From positions 532,193-596,192 of the forward strand of contig JBMOMC010000001.1 of NCBI GenBank assembly GCA_049325335.1: a stretch of 64,000 bases of DNA. The letters are read 5' to 3'. Shown here piece by piece: positions 17,580-26,364 of the stretch (its first letter is position 1; the number at the start of each line of letters is the position of its first letter). A model generated the notes under the pieces. That model was not told the DNA's origin. It was given only the letters and a program-made list of their open reading frames with translations, and searched no databases. A program made the translations under genes and the position numbers. The DNA comes from Nitrospirota bacterium (GTDB taxonomy: Bacteria; Nitrospirota; Nitrospiria; 2-01-FULL-66-17).

Positions 17580-20041
17580 GCGAACCCCATCCGTTTCAGG
17601 TGGCGGTTCACTTTGGTTTCCAGGTCAGCCACACGAGTGACCATCTGCGGCAGCGGGGTTTCGTAGCGTTCGGCCAGCTCCTTCACGCGCTTGGTGAGTG
17701 CCTGGCTGATGCGGTCCATCTCGCCGTGGATCGCGGCGTCGAGCGCTGCGAGCCACTTGTCGTCGACCACCAGCGTCTTGATCTCAGACTCAGTGAGCTT
17801 CAGGTATTTCGCGTAGGCCTTGGCGTCGAGCGCGGCCTCGGCATCTTTGAGGCGCTTCTTGATGTCGGCCTCCTGGGCGCTGAGAGTCAGCCACATAAGG
17901 AGGATTTCCGCGTCTGAGGTAGCTCCATTGCCGTACGGTCCGGGAGCTTCTGCCGCCATCGGCAACTTCTCAGTCGTGGACGTGCTGTGGGAGTTTTCGT
18001 CTTCTTCCTGAAGGTCTTTCAACCGAGCGGCGACATTGGCTCTATTCACCTTGTCCAGTTCTGAAAATGCGCTTTCTTCGCCGCCATGCTCTTCTTCCAG
18101 CTCGGTCATGCGAGCGGTGACGCTCTCCAGCTCGGCGGCGAGGTTATCGATCGCTTCCTGCTCCTTGGCAAAGTAGTGGGCGACGATGAGGGCCTTCGGC
18201 ACAAGGTCACACGTCCAGCCTTTGTCCTTCTCCTTGCCCTTCTTGTCTTTCTCGATGATGCGGTAGGCCTCGGCCTTCCAGCCGTCGGTGGCGATGAGGT
18301 AGCAATCGTCTTGCATGGTGTCCGCCCAGTAGTCCATGACGTGCTGGTAGACATCGTATTTGTCGATGAGTGGTTTGTCCGTGTAGTGGGCGAGCAGGTC
18401 TTCGGACGATGCGGTCATGACTTCCTTCGGATGGCAGCCGGCTTTCAACTGCCGCAATGTCTTGGCGCTCTTCTGCCGCCAGACTTCGAAATGCGCGTTC
18501 ATGCTCGCAATGAAAGCCGCGAACTCGGGGTGCTCGTAGATCGTGGACTTGATCGCTGCCTTGTCCACGGCGAGGTCGACGTAACCAGGGCGGTTTGCCT
18601 TGAACAAGACATGACGGAGCTGCGGGCAGACGGCCCAATAACGATCGAGAGCATCGACATCTGTAACAGGGATGCCGCCCTTCAAGTGGCCTTCGATGTC
18701 CTGGAGATCCTCGGGCTCGGTGCTGTCGATGTAGCGCGGAAGGTTCAGGTTGAACTCGTTTTTCTCGATTTCCTCAACGGAGACCATACGGGAGTATTTG
18801 GGGCCTTCGAGTCGCTTATTGAAGACATCGACGATTTTATGGATGTCCTGTGCGCGCAGACGGTTCTTGGGGCCGTCCTTCATGAAACCGCGGCTCGCGT
18901 CGATCATGAAGATGCCCTTGCGGGCGTGAGCGTTTTGCTTGTCGATGACGACAACGCAGGCTGGGATACCGGTGCCGTAAAAGAGATTGGCGGGCAGGCC
19001 GATGATGCCGGTGATGTACCCCTTGCGCACCAAATTGCGGCGAATGTCGGCCTCGACATTGCCGCGGAACAGCACGCCGTGGGGCAGGATGCACGCGCCT
19101 TTGCCGGTGGATCTCAGCGAGCGAACAATGTGCAGCAGATAGGCGTAGTCACCCTGCTTGTTGGGCGGCACGCCGAAGTGCTTGAAGCGCTCATAGGGGT
19201 CGTCCAGCGGATGGAGGCCGGTGCTCCAACGCTTGTCGGAAAACGGCGGATTAGCCACGACGTAGTCGAATGTCTTGAGCGTGTCGCCGTCTTTGAACTT
19301 TGGATCGGCCAATGTGTTGCCTTGGACGATCAGCGCGGTGGGATTGTTGTGCAGGATCATGTTCATGCGGGCAAGACCGCTGGTGGCCGCGTCCTTTTCC
19401 TGGCCATACAGCGTCACCGGCGTGCGCGCCTCATCGGCGACTTTGAGCAACAACGAGCCGGAGCCGCAGGTAGGGTCGTAGACCGTGGTATCAGGACTCG
19501 TCTTGGCTTCGCGGATGCCGAGGATTTGCGCGATGATGCGGCTGACTTCGGCGGGCGTGTAGAACTGGCCCTTGCTCTTGCCACTTTCCGTGGCGAAGTG
19601 CCGCATGAGGTATTCGTAGGCATCGCCCAAGATGTCATCGCCTTCCGCACGGTTCTTGGAGAAGTCGAGTGCGGGGTTTTCGAAGATGGCGATGAGATTA
19701 GTGAGCCGATCGACCTTTTCCTTCCCATCGCCGAGCTTGGCCGAGTCATTGAAGTCGGGGAAATCGGACAGCTTATTGGCGTTGGCCAGCGGCCCGATGA
19801 TCTTCTTGTTGATCTGATCACCGATGTCCGACTTGCCCTTCAAGGCGACCATGTCCTTGAAGCTGGCCCCCTTGGGAATCGTGATCGGGGCGTACGGAAC
19901 GCCAGCGTATTTGTCACTGATGTACTTGATGAACAGCAGGACGAGGACGTAGTCCTTGTACTGGCTGGCGTCCATGCCGCCACGCAGCTCGTCGCAGCTT
20001 GCCCAAAGCGAGCCGTAAAGTTCGGATTTCTTAATCGCCAT
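17570..20041 (-). CDS. hsdM: Type I methyltransferase subunit M
   Basis: LWASCDELRG, GQFYTP, YDPTCGSG, NPPF, PHGVLFRG. Confidence 0.97.
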   Translation of the reverse strand: MAIKKSELYGSLWASCDELRGGMDASQYKDYVLVLLFIKYISDKYAGVPYAPITIPKGASFKDMVALKGKSDIGDQINKKIIGPLANANKLSDFPDFNDSAKLGDGKEKVDRLTNLIAIFENPALDFSKNRAEGDDILGDAYEYLMRHFATESGKSKGQFYTPAEVSRIIAQILGIREAKTSPDTTVYDPTCGSGSLLLKVADEARTPVTLYGQEKDAATSGLARMNMILHNNPTALIVQGNTLADPKFKDGDTLKTFDYVVANPPFSDKRWSTGLHPLDDPYERFKHFGVPPNKQGDYAYLLHIVRSLRSTGKGACILPHGVLFRGNVEADIRRNLVRKGYITGIIGLPANLFYGTGIPACVVVIDKQNAHARKGIFMIDASRGFMKDGPKNRLRAQDIHKIVDVFNKRLEGPKYSRMVSVEEIEKNEFNLNLPRYIDSTEPEDLQDIEGHLKGGIPVTDVDALDRYWAVCPQLRHVLFKANRPGYVDLAVDKAAIKSTIYEHPEFAAFIASMNAHFEVWRQKSAKTLRQLKAGCHPKEVMTASSEDLLAHYTDKPLIDKYDVYQHVMDYWADTMQDDCYLIATDGWKAEAYRIIEKDKKGKEKDKGWTCDLVPKALIVAHYFAKEQEAIDNLAAELESVTARMTELEEEHGGEESAFSELDKVNRANVAARLKDLQEEDENSHSTSTTEKLPMAAEAPGPYGNGATSDAEILLMWLTLSAQEADIKKRLKDAEAALDAKAYAKYLKLTESEIKTLVVDDKWLAALDAAIHGEMDRISQALTKRVKELAERYETPLPQMVTRVADLETKVNRHLKRMGFAWK

Positions 20042-20091
20042 CGACTACTCGCCTCACCTGCGGTGTCTCCAAACCTAGGACCGTGCGCTGT

Positions 20092-21018
20092 TCAGCCGCG
20101 GAATACCGCGTCCCCGTGCCATTCAAGGAACTCTCGATTGGGAAGATCGACTGCACGCGGCGGCACCCATATCTGCTGGCCATTCAGCTTGTAGTAGTGT
20201 TCGCCGTTGTCGAAATCCCTTTTGAGTCGGTGACTGACGAGGAACTTATATTCCGGCGTGACCGTGACATACCCTCGGTCAAAGAGGGTATGCACGTCTG
20301 AGCGAAGCAAGAGGCCATTTCCGACCTCATGCCTTCCGCTGTTCGCCACCGGTTTGATGTGCGCGGCCTCCAGCACTGGCAGCGCTTTTTCCCGCGTTAC
20401 CGCGCAGCGGCGCTGGTAGATATCCGTGACGAGGATCCGGAAACTTCCCTGACCCAACCGCGGGCGAACGAGAATGGGCTCGCCATACACCGGCCGCTCG
20501 CCCTCAGCAACGTAAAGGGCCTTACCACTTGTCGCGGACAGCACTGCCTCGATACGCGCCCAGAGTTCCTTGCCTGAGCCCTGACGCACGTCGTACGTTT
20601 TACCCTGCACGATATTCTTTGCAAAGTCGCTCGGCACTGGGATCCAGTCACGTTCGCCCAGAAAGAACGGCTGTTCCAAGATGATGCAGCCGACCTTGTA
20701 GTCCTCGTGCGGGTCTGGTTTGGTCCGGCGGAACTTCTCAATCCCCTTTCGCATCTGCTCCAGCGTAGCGGCCCCATTCTTCTCGCCGAAAGCATCCCAG
20801 GCGAGACTCGAGGGCAGGATTGACGAGTGGGCAAAGAAACCGCCCCCAACGATGAAGTGTTCCGGGTAGTGGAGCTTGAAGAGGAACGGCTCGCCCGGTT
20901 GAAGGGCGCTGAAGGCACGGTTTCCGCCCGGCTGCCAGAAGTTGACTTCGTCCAGGCCCGGACGCGCGCTCAGAAACCGAAACCAGTCCCCGTCGGTTAC
21001 CGCCACATACGCCTTCAT
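20092..21018 (-). CDS. HNH endonuclease with an N-terminal accessory domain (putative restriction nuclease)
   Basis: RLGQGSFR..YQRRCAVT..LEAAHIKP..NGLLLRSDVHTLFDRG. Confidence 0.88.
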   Translation of the reverse strand: MKAYVAVTDGDWFRFLSARPGLDEVNFWQPGGNRAFSALQPGEPFLFKLHYPEHFIVGGGFFAHSSILPSSLAWDAFGEKNGAATLEQMRKGIEKFRRTKPDPHEDYKVGCIILEQPFFLGERDWIPVPSDFAKNIVQGKTYDVRQGSGKELWARIEAVLSATSGKALYVAEGERPVYGEPILVRPRLGQGSFRILVTDIYQRRCAVTREKALPVLEAAHIKPVANSGRHEVGNGLLLRSDVHTLFDRGYVTVTPEYKFLVSHRLKRDFDNGEHYYKLNGQQIWVPPRAVDLPNREFLEWHGDAVFRG

Positions 21019-21197
21019 CGCATTCCCGGAAACAGAGGGTAAGGCCAGATCTCGCTTCGACGCGTCGGCGTCGTCCCGTGCGTTCCCCTATCTTTGCCGA
21101 ACACTATTGCACGTCAGGAACCGTGTGTTTCTCTTCGTAATCAGGTCTAGAATAGTCCCCGTCACTGCGGACGACGACCAGCACTGGTGATCACCCG

Positions 21198-21497
21198 TTA
21201 TCCCGCCCGACGGACTTTCATGGCCACGTCGATCCGTGAGCCAAGCCGGTTAATGATCCCCATGAGGCGATCCACGGTGAACCGCCCAAGATCGGCGTTG
21301 CGAATGCGCGAAAAGTCCGCCGCGGCAATGCCGGTGCGGGCGTGCGCTTTCCGCACGCTTAATTTCTCGCGATCAAGCATTTTGATGATCTCGGCGGCAA
21401 GGAGCGCCTTGAAATGCTCGCTATCCGCGTTCTTCTTTTTGAGATCGCGGTAGACATTGCCGCTTCCGCGGATGATCTTCAACTCGTCCTTTTTCAT
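21198..21497 (-). CDS. XRE-family HTH antitoxin (HigA-like)
   Basis: GSGNVYRDL, LAAEII, AADFSRIRNADLGRFTVDRL. Confidence 0.85.
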   Translation of the reverse strand: MKKDELKIIRGSGNVYRDLKKKNADSEHFKALLAAEIIKMLDREKLSVRKAHARTGIAAADFSRIRNADLGRFTVDRLMGIINRLGSRIDVAMKVRRAG

Positions 21498-21575
21498 CGC
21501 AACTTTTTCCTCAATCGTTTCAGACTCCTTCCGAGCTCTCCGAGTCCACGAAATCGGCCCGGTCGGCGGCGTCAT
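21494..21575 (-). pseudogene. Internally deleted Gp49/RelE-like toxin
   Basis: N-terminus MTPPTGPISWTRRARKE joined out of frame to C-terminus LKRLRKKLR-stop, with an ATGA overlap on the antitoxin. Confidence 0.6.
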
Positions 21576-21786
21576 GTGCTTGTTATTTTGGTAGTGTCGT
21601 CATGTGTGACAACGGATGTCAAGCCCCTCCCATCCACTCCCGTCAACAGGCTCCTCCCAGATGACGTGATGATATGTCAAAATCCTTACACTCAATCTAA
21701 GTAATTTGCATGAAGGGGATCATCGCACCGACCCGAATTGATTCCGGGCGAATGGAGCGTACACTGTTCGCCTGAGTGGACAACAG

Positions 21787-22179
21787 ATGACTAATTCGGC
21801 GACAGCATTCCATTTTGCTCCATCACGTTCGCTCCTTCGCCGCCGCGCGGGGAGGCTCGCCGTGGCCTTTGGTCTCCTGATCGCCGCTGTGTGGGTGGTC
21901 GGCGGGGTGTTCCATCAGGACCTCCTCGCCGGCTTGCTTGTGATCACGGCGATCGGCGTGGGCGGGTTCCTTCTCGCGACGGTCACCCAACTGCTGATAG
22001 GCAAGGTGCCGACCGCAGAATCTCGGGCACCCGGCTTCGACTGGGACGAAGAGAGAGACAGAAATCCGTTTATCCCGGGAACGAAGGCATACTGGAATTA
22101 CGGCCAGGAACTCCTCGATCGCGACCGCGACGATCAGCGTTCGACGCGCTCCAGCGCCTTCAAACGCGATTCCGGATAG
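21787..22179 (+). CDS. Small hypothetical membrane protein (2 TM)
   Basis: Two hydrophobic stretches followed by a charged tail. Confidence 0.5.
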   Translation: MTNSATAFHFAPSRSLLRRRAGRLAVAFGLLIAAVWVVGGVFHQDLLAGLLVITAIGVGGFLLATVTQLLIGKVPTAESRAPGFDWDEERDRNPFIPGTKAYWNYGQELLDRDRDDQRSTRSSAFKRDSG

Positions 22180-22699
22180 AAGTTCAGGATGCGGAGCCGT
22201 TTCCTGAAACAACTCCTCCGGCTCGAGAACGCGCTCATAGATCGGTCGCTGCTCAGATCCGCGACGTATTGTTCAAACAACCAATCCAACTCGCGGTGTT
22301 CAGTCCCCGGCCCAATCCCCATCCCACGCTCCAAGCCGAAGTATTAACGGGTCACGTCCGACAGGGTGTCGCATGCCACCCCACTCTGCACGTGTGGGCC
22401 GGGCGTCCTGCAGAGGATGGCCGTTCCGATCGACCGAAGGAGCGGATCATGGTCCGGCGCGACACCAGAACGATCGATCCATCGCGGTCGCGCGGGCGAG
22501 ACACCTCTTCGCGCAGGACTATCAGCAATCGACCATTCCCGGCAAAGGGTGGCGACGTTTCTGGCGCGCGATGCCGGGCTCGTCTCGCGGATGAGGCGGA
22601 TGGATGAGGCCGAGCGGGCGCAGGCTTCCCCGTTGCTCGGGTGAAAGTCAAGGAGTCAAGCTTGACCAGGTACCGTTCCCCAACTATTCCTGCGCGATA

Positions 22700-25600
22700 T
22701 TAGAGAACGAGTAGCGACACGTCGAACGCATTGGGACCTCTCATAGTAAATCCGATCTTAAAGCTTACGCGCGTTCCCCTGGTAAGCATCTTCCAGGCAC
22801 TCTCGTCGATATTATTGCAGTGGGCATATATCCAGTCATTCAGACCATCACGAGCTATAAAGCAATAAGTTGCCTCTAAGCGCGCAACCTGACCTGTAAA
22901 TGACTGGTCCATTGGATATAAGAGTTTATCTCTAACGTCTGGGTTAATTCGAGCATTGCCAAGCCGACGAAAAACCTCTTTGCTTTCGTCAACCTCCCCA
23001 TTAAGGAACAGCTGCCTCCCATACAGTAACTGGGCGTCGTAATTGTTGTCTCCGTCGGTAAATGATCTCCGCAGATGATAGACGAGGACCTCATGGGCTG
23101 CTCCACCTTTAGCAATCAGAAGTCTGGCATAGGCATAGTGCAGTCGGCGCTCCCCTGGATTCGCCTCGAGCGCCTTTGTGAGTATCTGTTCAGAGCGTTG
23201 GAAGTCGTTATGCTGTTTATAGTAATTTGCTAATCGCAGTGCTATGAACGTGCTGCGTGGATTTCCGTCGAAAGCCTTCTCCAGCGCCTGAAGAACTCGA
23301 CCGGCGTCGTCGAGGATCTTTGCGAGTTGCGCTTCCGCATCAAGCAAATATGGATGAGTAGGAAAGAGTTGGAGTCCTTCCGATAAATTCCGCTCAGTAT
23401 CTTTCACTAGAGCCTCAGCGGCCGTCTCAGATATAGCCTCGCCAGGCTGCTCTATGAGATCCTTAAGTCTCATTAAACCGATCTTGACCAAAGTATGATG
23501 GACGTAGCCTTCACCGCTCCCTAGTGGTGTCAGGGATTGGACGATTGATGTCGCTTCCGAAAGCAGCTTTTCGCGCTCAAGCGGTGTTCTTGCCGTGTCC
23601 GCCAACCGCAAGCGAAGTTCTGCCATCGAATGCTTTACGGCTACAGCCAGGTCTGGATACGCTGACTGCAACGCCTTGCTCAACGATTCACTAGCTGCTT
23701 GAAGATTGCCATTGGGTCTGTGCATCTCATATAACGCCTTCTGGTGTGACAGGTATGGGTCGTCGCCAGCGATGCGTTTTGCCACCTCTAACACACCTTT
23801 GGCGAGCTCATGATTTGGAAAGAGTTCAATGAGGAGTCGCCCCCTTACCATTTGGCGATATGCCGATCTGTCTGCTGAATAATCTATGTTTAACGCCCCC
23901 AGAGATTTGATATAAGCGTCGTATCGTTCTTCCTGGAGGCGAAGCATTCGGTTAAAGACGATCTGAGCAATGAGGGGATGTCTTGCTCGGTATGTGTAAT
24001 CACGAATGATAGGGTCTTTGTCCACCTGCACCACATGCTCGAGGGGCCCGAACAGACGCGCCCTGAATTCATCAAAAGGGACATCATGAATTCGGGACAC
24101 GATGCCGGCACGAACACGAACGTTCAGACGATTCAGTGTACAGATCGTTAGATAAATTTGTTGTGCTTCAAGAGGCAGGATGCTTCTGTATTCGTCTTCG
24201 ATAATATCTTCGAATGGCTTTCCCAACGTTGCCTCGTGAAGCGCTACTAAGAGCTGACGGCCCGCACGTTCGGATAACGCTAATCGTCGACTGTTTAGGT
24301 CTAGATGGGTAAGAGTGCCAAGGGCGTTGTGGCGCTCGAGTAGAGACAGAAGAGAGTCGATTTCCTTTACCGAAAGATAACGGAGTTCGTGGACGGTACT
24401 AATCAACGGCGCAAGTGCCGCGCAGGAAACGTTCCACTCATTAGTCCGCTCAGCAAGTATGACTGTAAGGTGCTTTCCCTCAGGGCCAATAGTCTTGGAT
24501 AGAGATTGAATCTCGCGAGCACGATCAGCCGCGTTATCAACAAACAGGTAGATGCGCTCTTTACAAAGAGATATTAGTTCCTGAAGCGCTTGAGCGTTAA
24601 TAACACCATATGGTCTCAAGTAAAGACAGAGGCAATCGTAGTCGTGCGTTGCATCCCAGGCGATCCGTCGAAGCAATACCGACTTTCCTGCCCCAGCATG
24701 AGCTTTGATTAAGATTAGTTCTAGTCCCTGACGATGTTCGGCCTCATTAATCAAGAAGTGATCTGAAAGGAGGGTATCTGCTAAGTGACGGCGAACATCG
24801 AGCTGCTGCTCAATTGCGGACCAACCAAGATTGACTCCCTTATAAAAGTCGCTCGGAGTGACCGTCTCGGTAGACGTAACACTCTTTACGTACTCCACAT
24901 CTGTTTGGAGGAATTGTTCACAGGGTTTACTTAGAACAAAATCTCGCGTTTTGAATCGTTCGAATATGGGAAGCGCGGTATCCCGTACCAGGACAGCCAA
25001 CCCCCGAAACTCAGCCGGGATGGTAGAATCAAGCGCCTGAAGAAACTCCTCGAAAGTGCCCTGCAATGGAGAAATCCTTTTCGCCTCCCAAAATCGTCTC
25101 TGTACATCGTCGACCCGTGGAACCACCGCGTAGTACCTCGGTCGCCTTTCCCCTAGTTGGGTCATTTCCAGCAGAATTGCGCGAAGGTCTGGGTCCTGCA
25201 AGCTGTGACCGATAAACACCAGAGGAAGCTCATACGCCCACTCCCTCAGGTGACTGAAAATACGGCTCCGGCCTTTTAAATATTCAATATATTGGTCAGT
25301 TGTAAGGATGAGAGGGCATTCCGGATTGGCGGTTCTAGTAATACAGCCGTGCAGTTTTAGTAGCATCACACTTCTAGGATCCCGAAGGTGTTCTTCCACC
25401 CGGTCGCCGTTTTCTATGAACGGCTTCGGAACCTGAACGGCAGCGGGTGTTGTTTCGTATGCTTGTTCTATAAGGCGATCATAGTTTGTAGTGGCAAGGC
25501 CCCGCCAGGTAAACGTACACATCAATTGGTGTGCTGGTGTGGGCTTGAAAACCTCGAAAAGTTTACGAATATATTCCTGGACTGTGACGAGGTCGGTCTC

Positions 25601-25807
25601 ACTGATTGCGTATTCTGCGATCTGGTTAAGCGGTAGGTCCTGGTATTTTCCTCCCAGGAATGTTTTCGACAGCATTAGGCCGAGGTCCCGGCCACTCGGA
25701 GGGGGCCTTCCGTGGTCGTCCTGAGCGCCCATAGAAGCCCCCGCGCCAAGGATTAACACGACCTTACCCTGTTGAACGTGAGTTTGGAGGATACTCGGTA
25801 TTTCCAT
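22700..25807 (-). CDS. SIR2-STAND NTPase-TPR-cold-shock-domain protein (Avs/AVAST-like antiphage NLR)
   Basis: LGAGAS, TTNYD, KLHG, FIGHSLQD; AHAGAGKS and IYLFVDNA; helical repeats; C-terminal OB/CSD-like FTGQV..YCFIARDG..IYAH..GTRVSFKIGF..GPNAFDV. Confidence 0.85.
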   Translation of the reverse strand: MEIPSILQTHVQQGKVVLILGAGASMGAQDDHGRPPPSGRDLGLMLSKTFLGGKYQDLPLNQIAEYAISETDLVTVQEYIRKLFEVFKPTPAHQLMCTFTWRGLATTNYDRLIEQAYETTPAAVQVPKPFIENGDRVEEHLRDPRSVMLLKLHGCITRTANPECPLILTTDQYIEYLKGRSRIFSHLREWAYELPLVFIGHSLQDPDLRAILLEMTQLGERRPRYYAVVPRVDDVQRRFWEAKRISPLQGTFEEFLQALDSTIPAEFRGLAVLVRDTALPIFERFKTRDFVLSKPCEQFLQTDVEYVKSVTSTETVTPSDFYKGVNLGWSAIEQQLDVRRHLADTLLSDHFLINEAEHRQGLELILIKAHAGAGKSVLLRRIAWDATHDYDCLCLYLRPYGVINAQALQELISLCKERIYLFVDNAADRAREIQSLSKTIGPEGKHLTVILAERTNEWNVSCAALAPLISTVHELRYLSVKEIDSLLSLLERHNALGTLTHLDLNSRRLALSERAGRQLLVALHEATLGKPFEDIIEDEYRSILPLEAQQIYLTICTLNRLNVRVRAGIVSRIHDVPFDEFRARLFGPLEHVVQVDKDPIIRDYTYRARHPLIAQIVFNRMLRLQEERYDAYIKSLGALNIDYSADRSAYRQMVRGRLLIELFPNHELAKGVLEVAKRIAGDDPYLSHQKALYEMHRPNGNLQAASESLSKALQSAYPDLAVAVKHSMAELRLRLADTARTPLEREKLLSEATSIVQSLTPLGSGEGYVHHTLVKIGLMRLKDLIEQPGEAISETAAEALVKDTERNLSEGLQLFPTHPYLLDAEAQLAKILDDAGRVLQALEKAFDGNPRSTFIALRLANYYKQHNDFQRSEQILTKALEANPGERRLHYAYARLLIAKGGAAHEVLVYHLRRSFTDGDNNYDAQLLYGRQLFLNGEVDESKEVFRRLGNARINPDVRDKLLYPMDQSFTGQVARLEATYCFIARDGLNDWIYAHCNNIDESAWKMLTRGTRVSFKIGFTMRGPNAFDVSLLVL

Positions 25808-26100
25808 ATGACGAGACTCGCTAGGGGGAAGGTCTGTAGTCTGTCGACTACGTCAGTGGCCCATTAAAGAGGCACCGTGGGTGAATCAGCGTTTGATGAA
25901 ACCAGAGCTTAGGTGTCGAGTCTTGAGGAACGGTACGTCCGCCGTGGGAAACCGTGCAACCTCGGCAGCGATCGACTTCCGGGACCGTAGCACAATATCC
26001 GGCCGATGCGCAAGTCGGGGGCTTCATGATCAGAAAATCAAGAGGGGCAGTTGGAGTTGCTCCCCGCCCCTCTTGAAATTCGTCGTCTCTTTCATATTGA

Positions 26101-26290
26101 TTACCCCAGCGCGTTCAGTGCCAACCCTGACTTCTCACCCGATCTGTTGCGCCGTCATGCTGTGATGGCCCGGATCTTCTCGTCCTGGCCATTGGCCTTG
26201 TGGATCGTCACCTCCACCGGCTTGCCAGACGCCAACGTCCAGAGGCCGCTGATGCTCTTCCCGGAGCAAAGCATAGCGTCGGACGCAAAC
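26101..26290 (-). pseudogene. Degenerate 3' end of aconitate hydratase
   Basis: Across frameshifts: YALLREE / ISGLWTLASGKPVEVTIHKANG / HSMTAQQIG / KSGLALNALG-stop. Confidence 0.6.
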
Positions 26291-26364
26291 TGGGATTCCA
26301 TTCCAATCTCCCCGTTGGGTCCGGCTCCACGACTGGACAACCGTTCCCCTGGGTCTCGAATGCG

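Noticed and set aside
18086..20194. 702-aa plus-strand ORF (also 1058-2512, 6544-7917, 38280-39776 and similar)
   Set aside because: Antisense shadows of well-supported genes, with no recognisable motifs
22134..22651. Short ORFs between the membrane protein and the SIR2 gene
   Set aside because: No recognisable family; possibly decayed fragments
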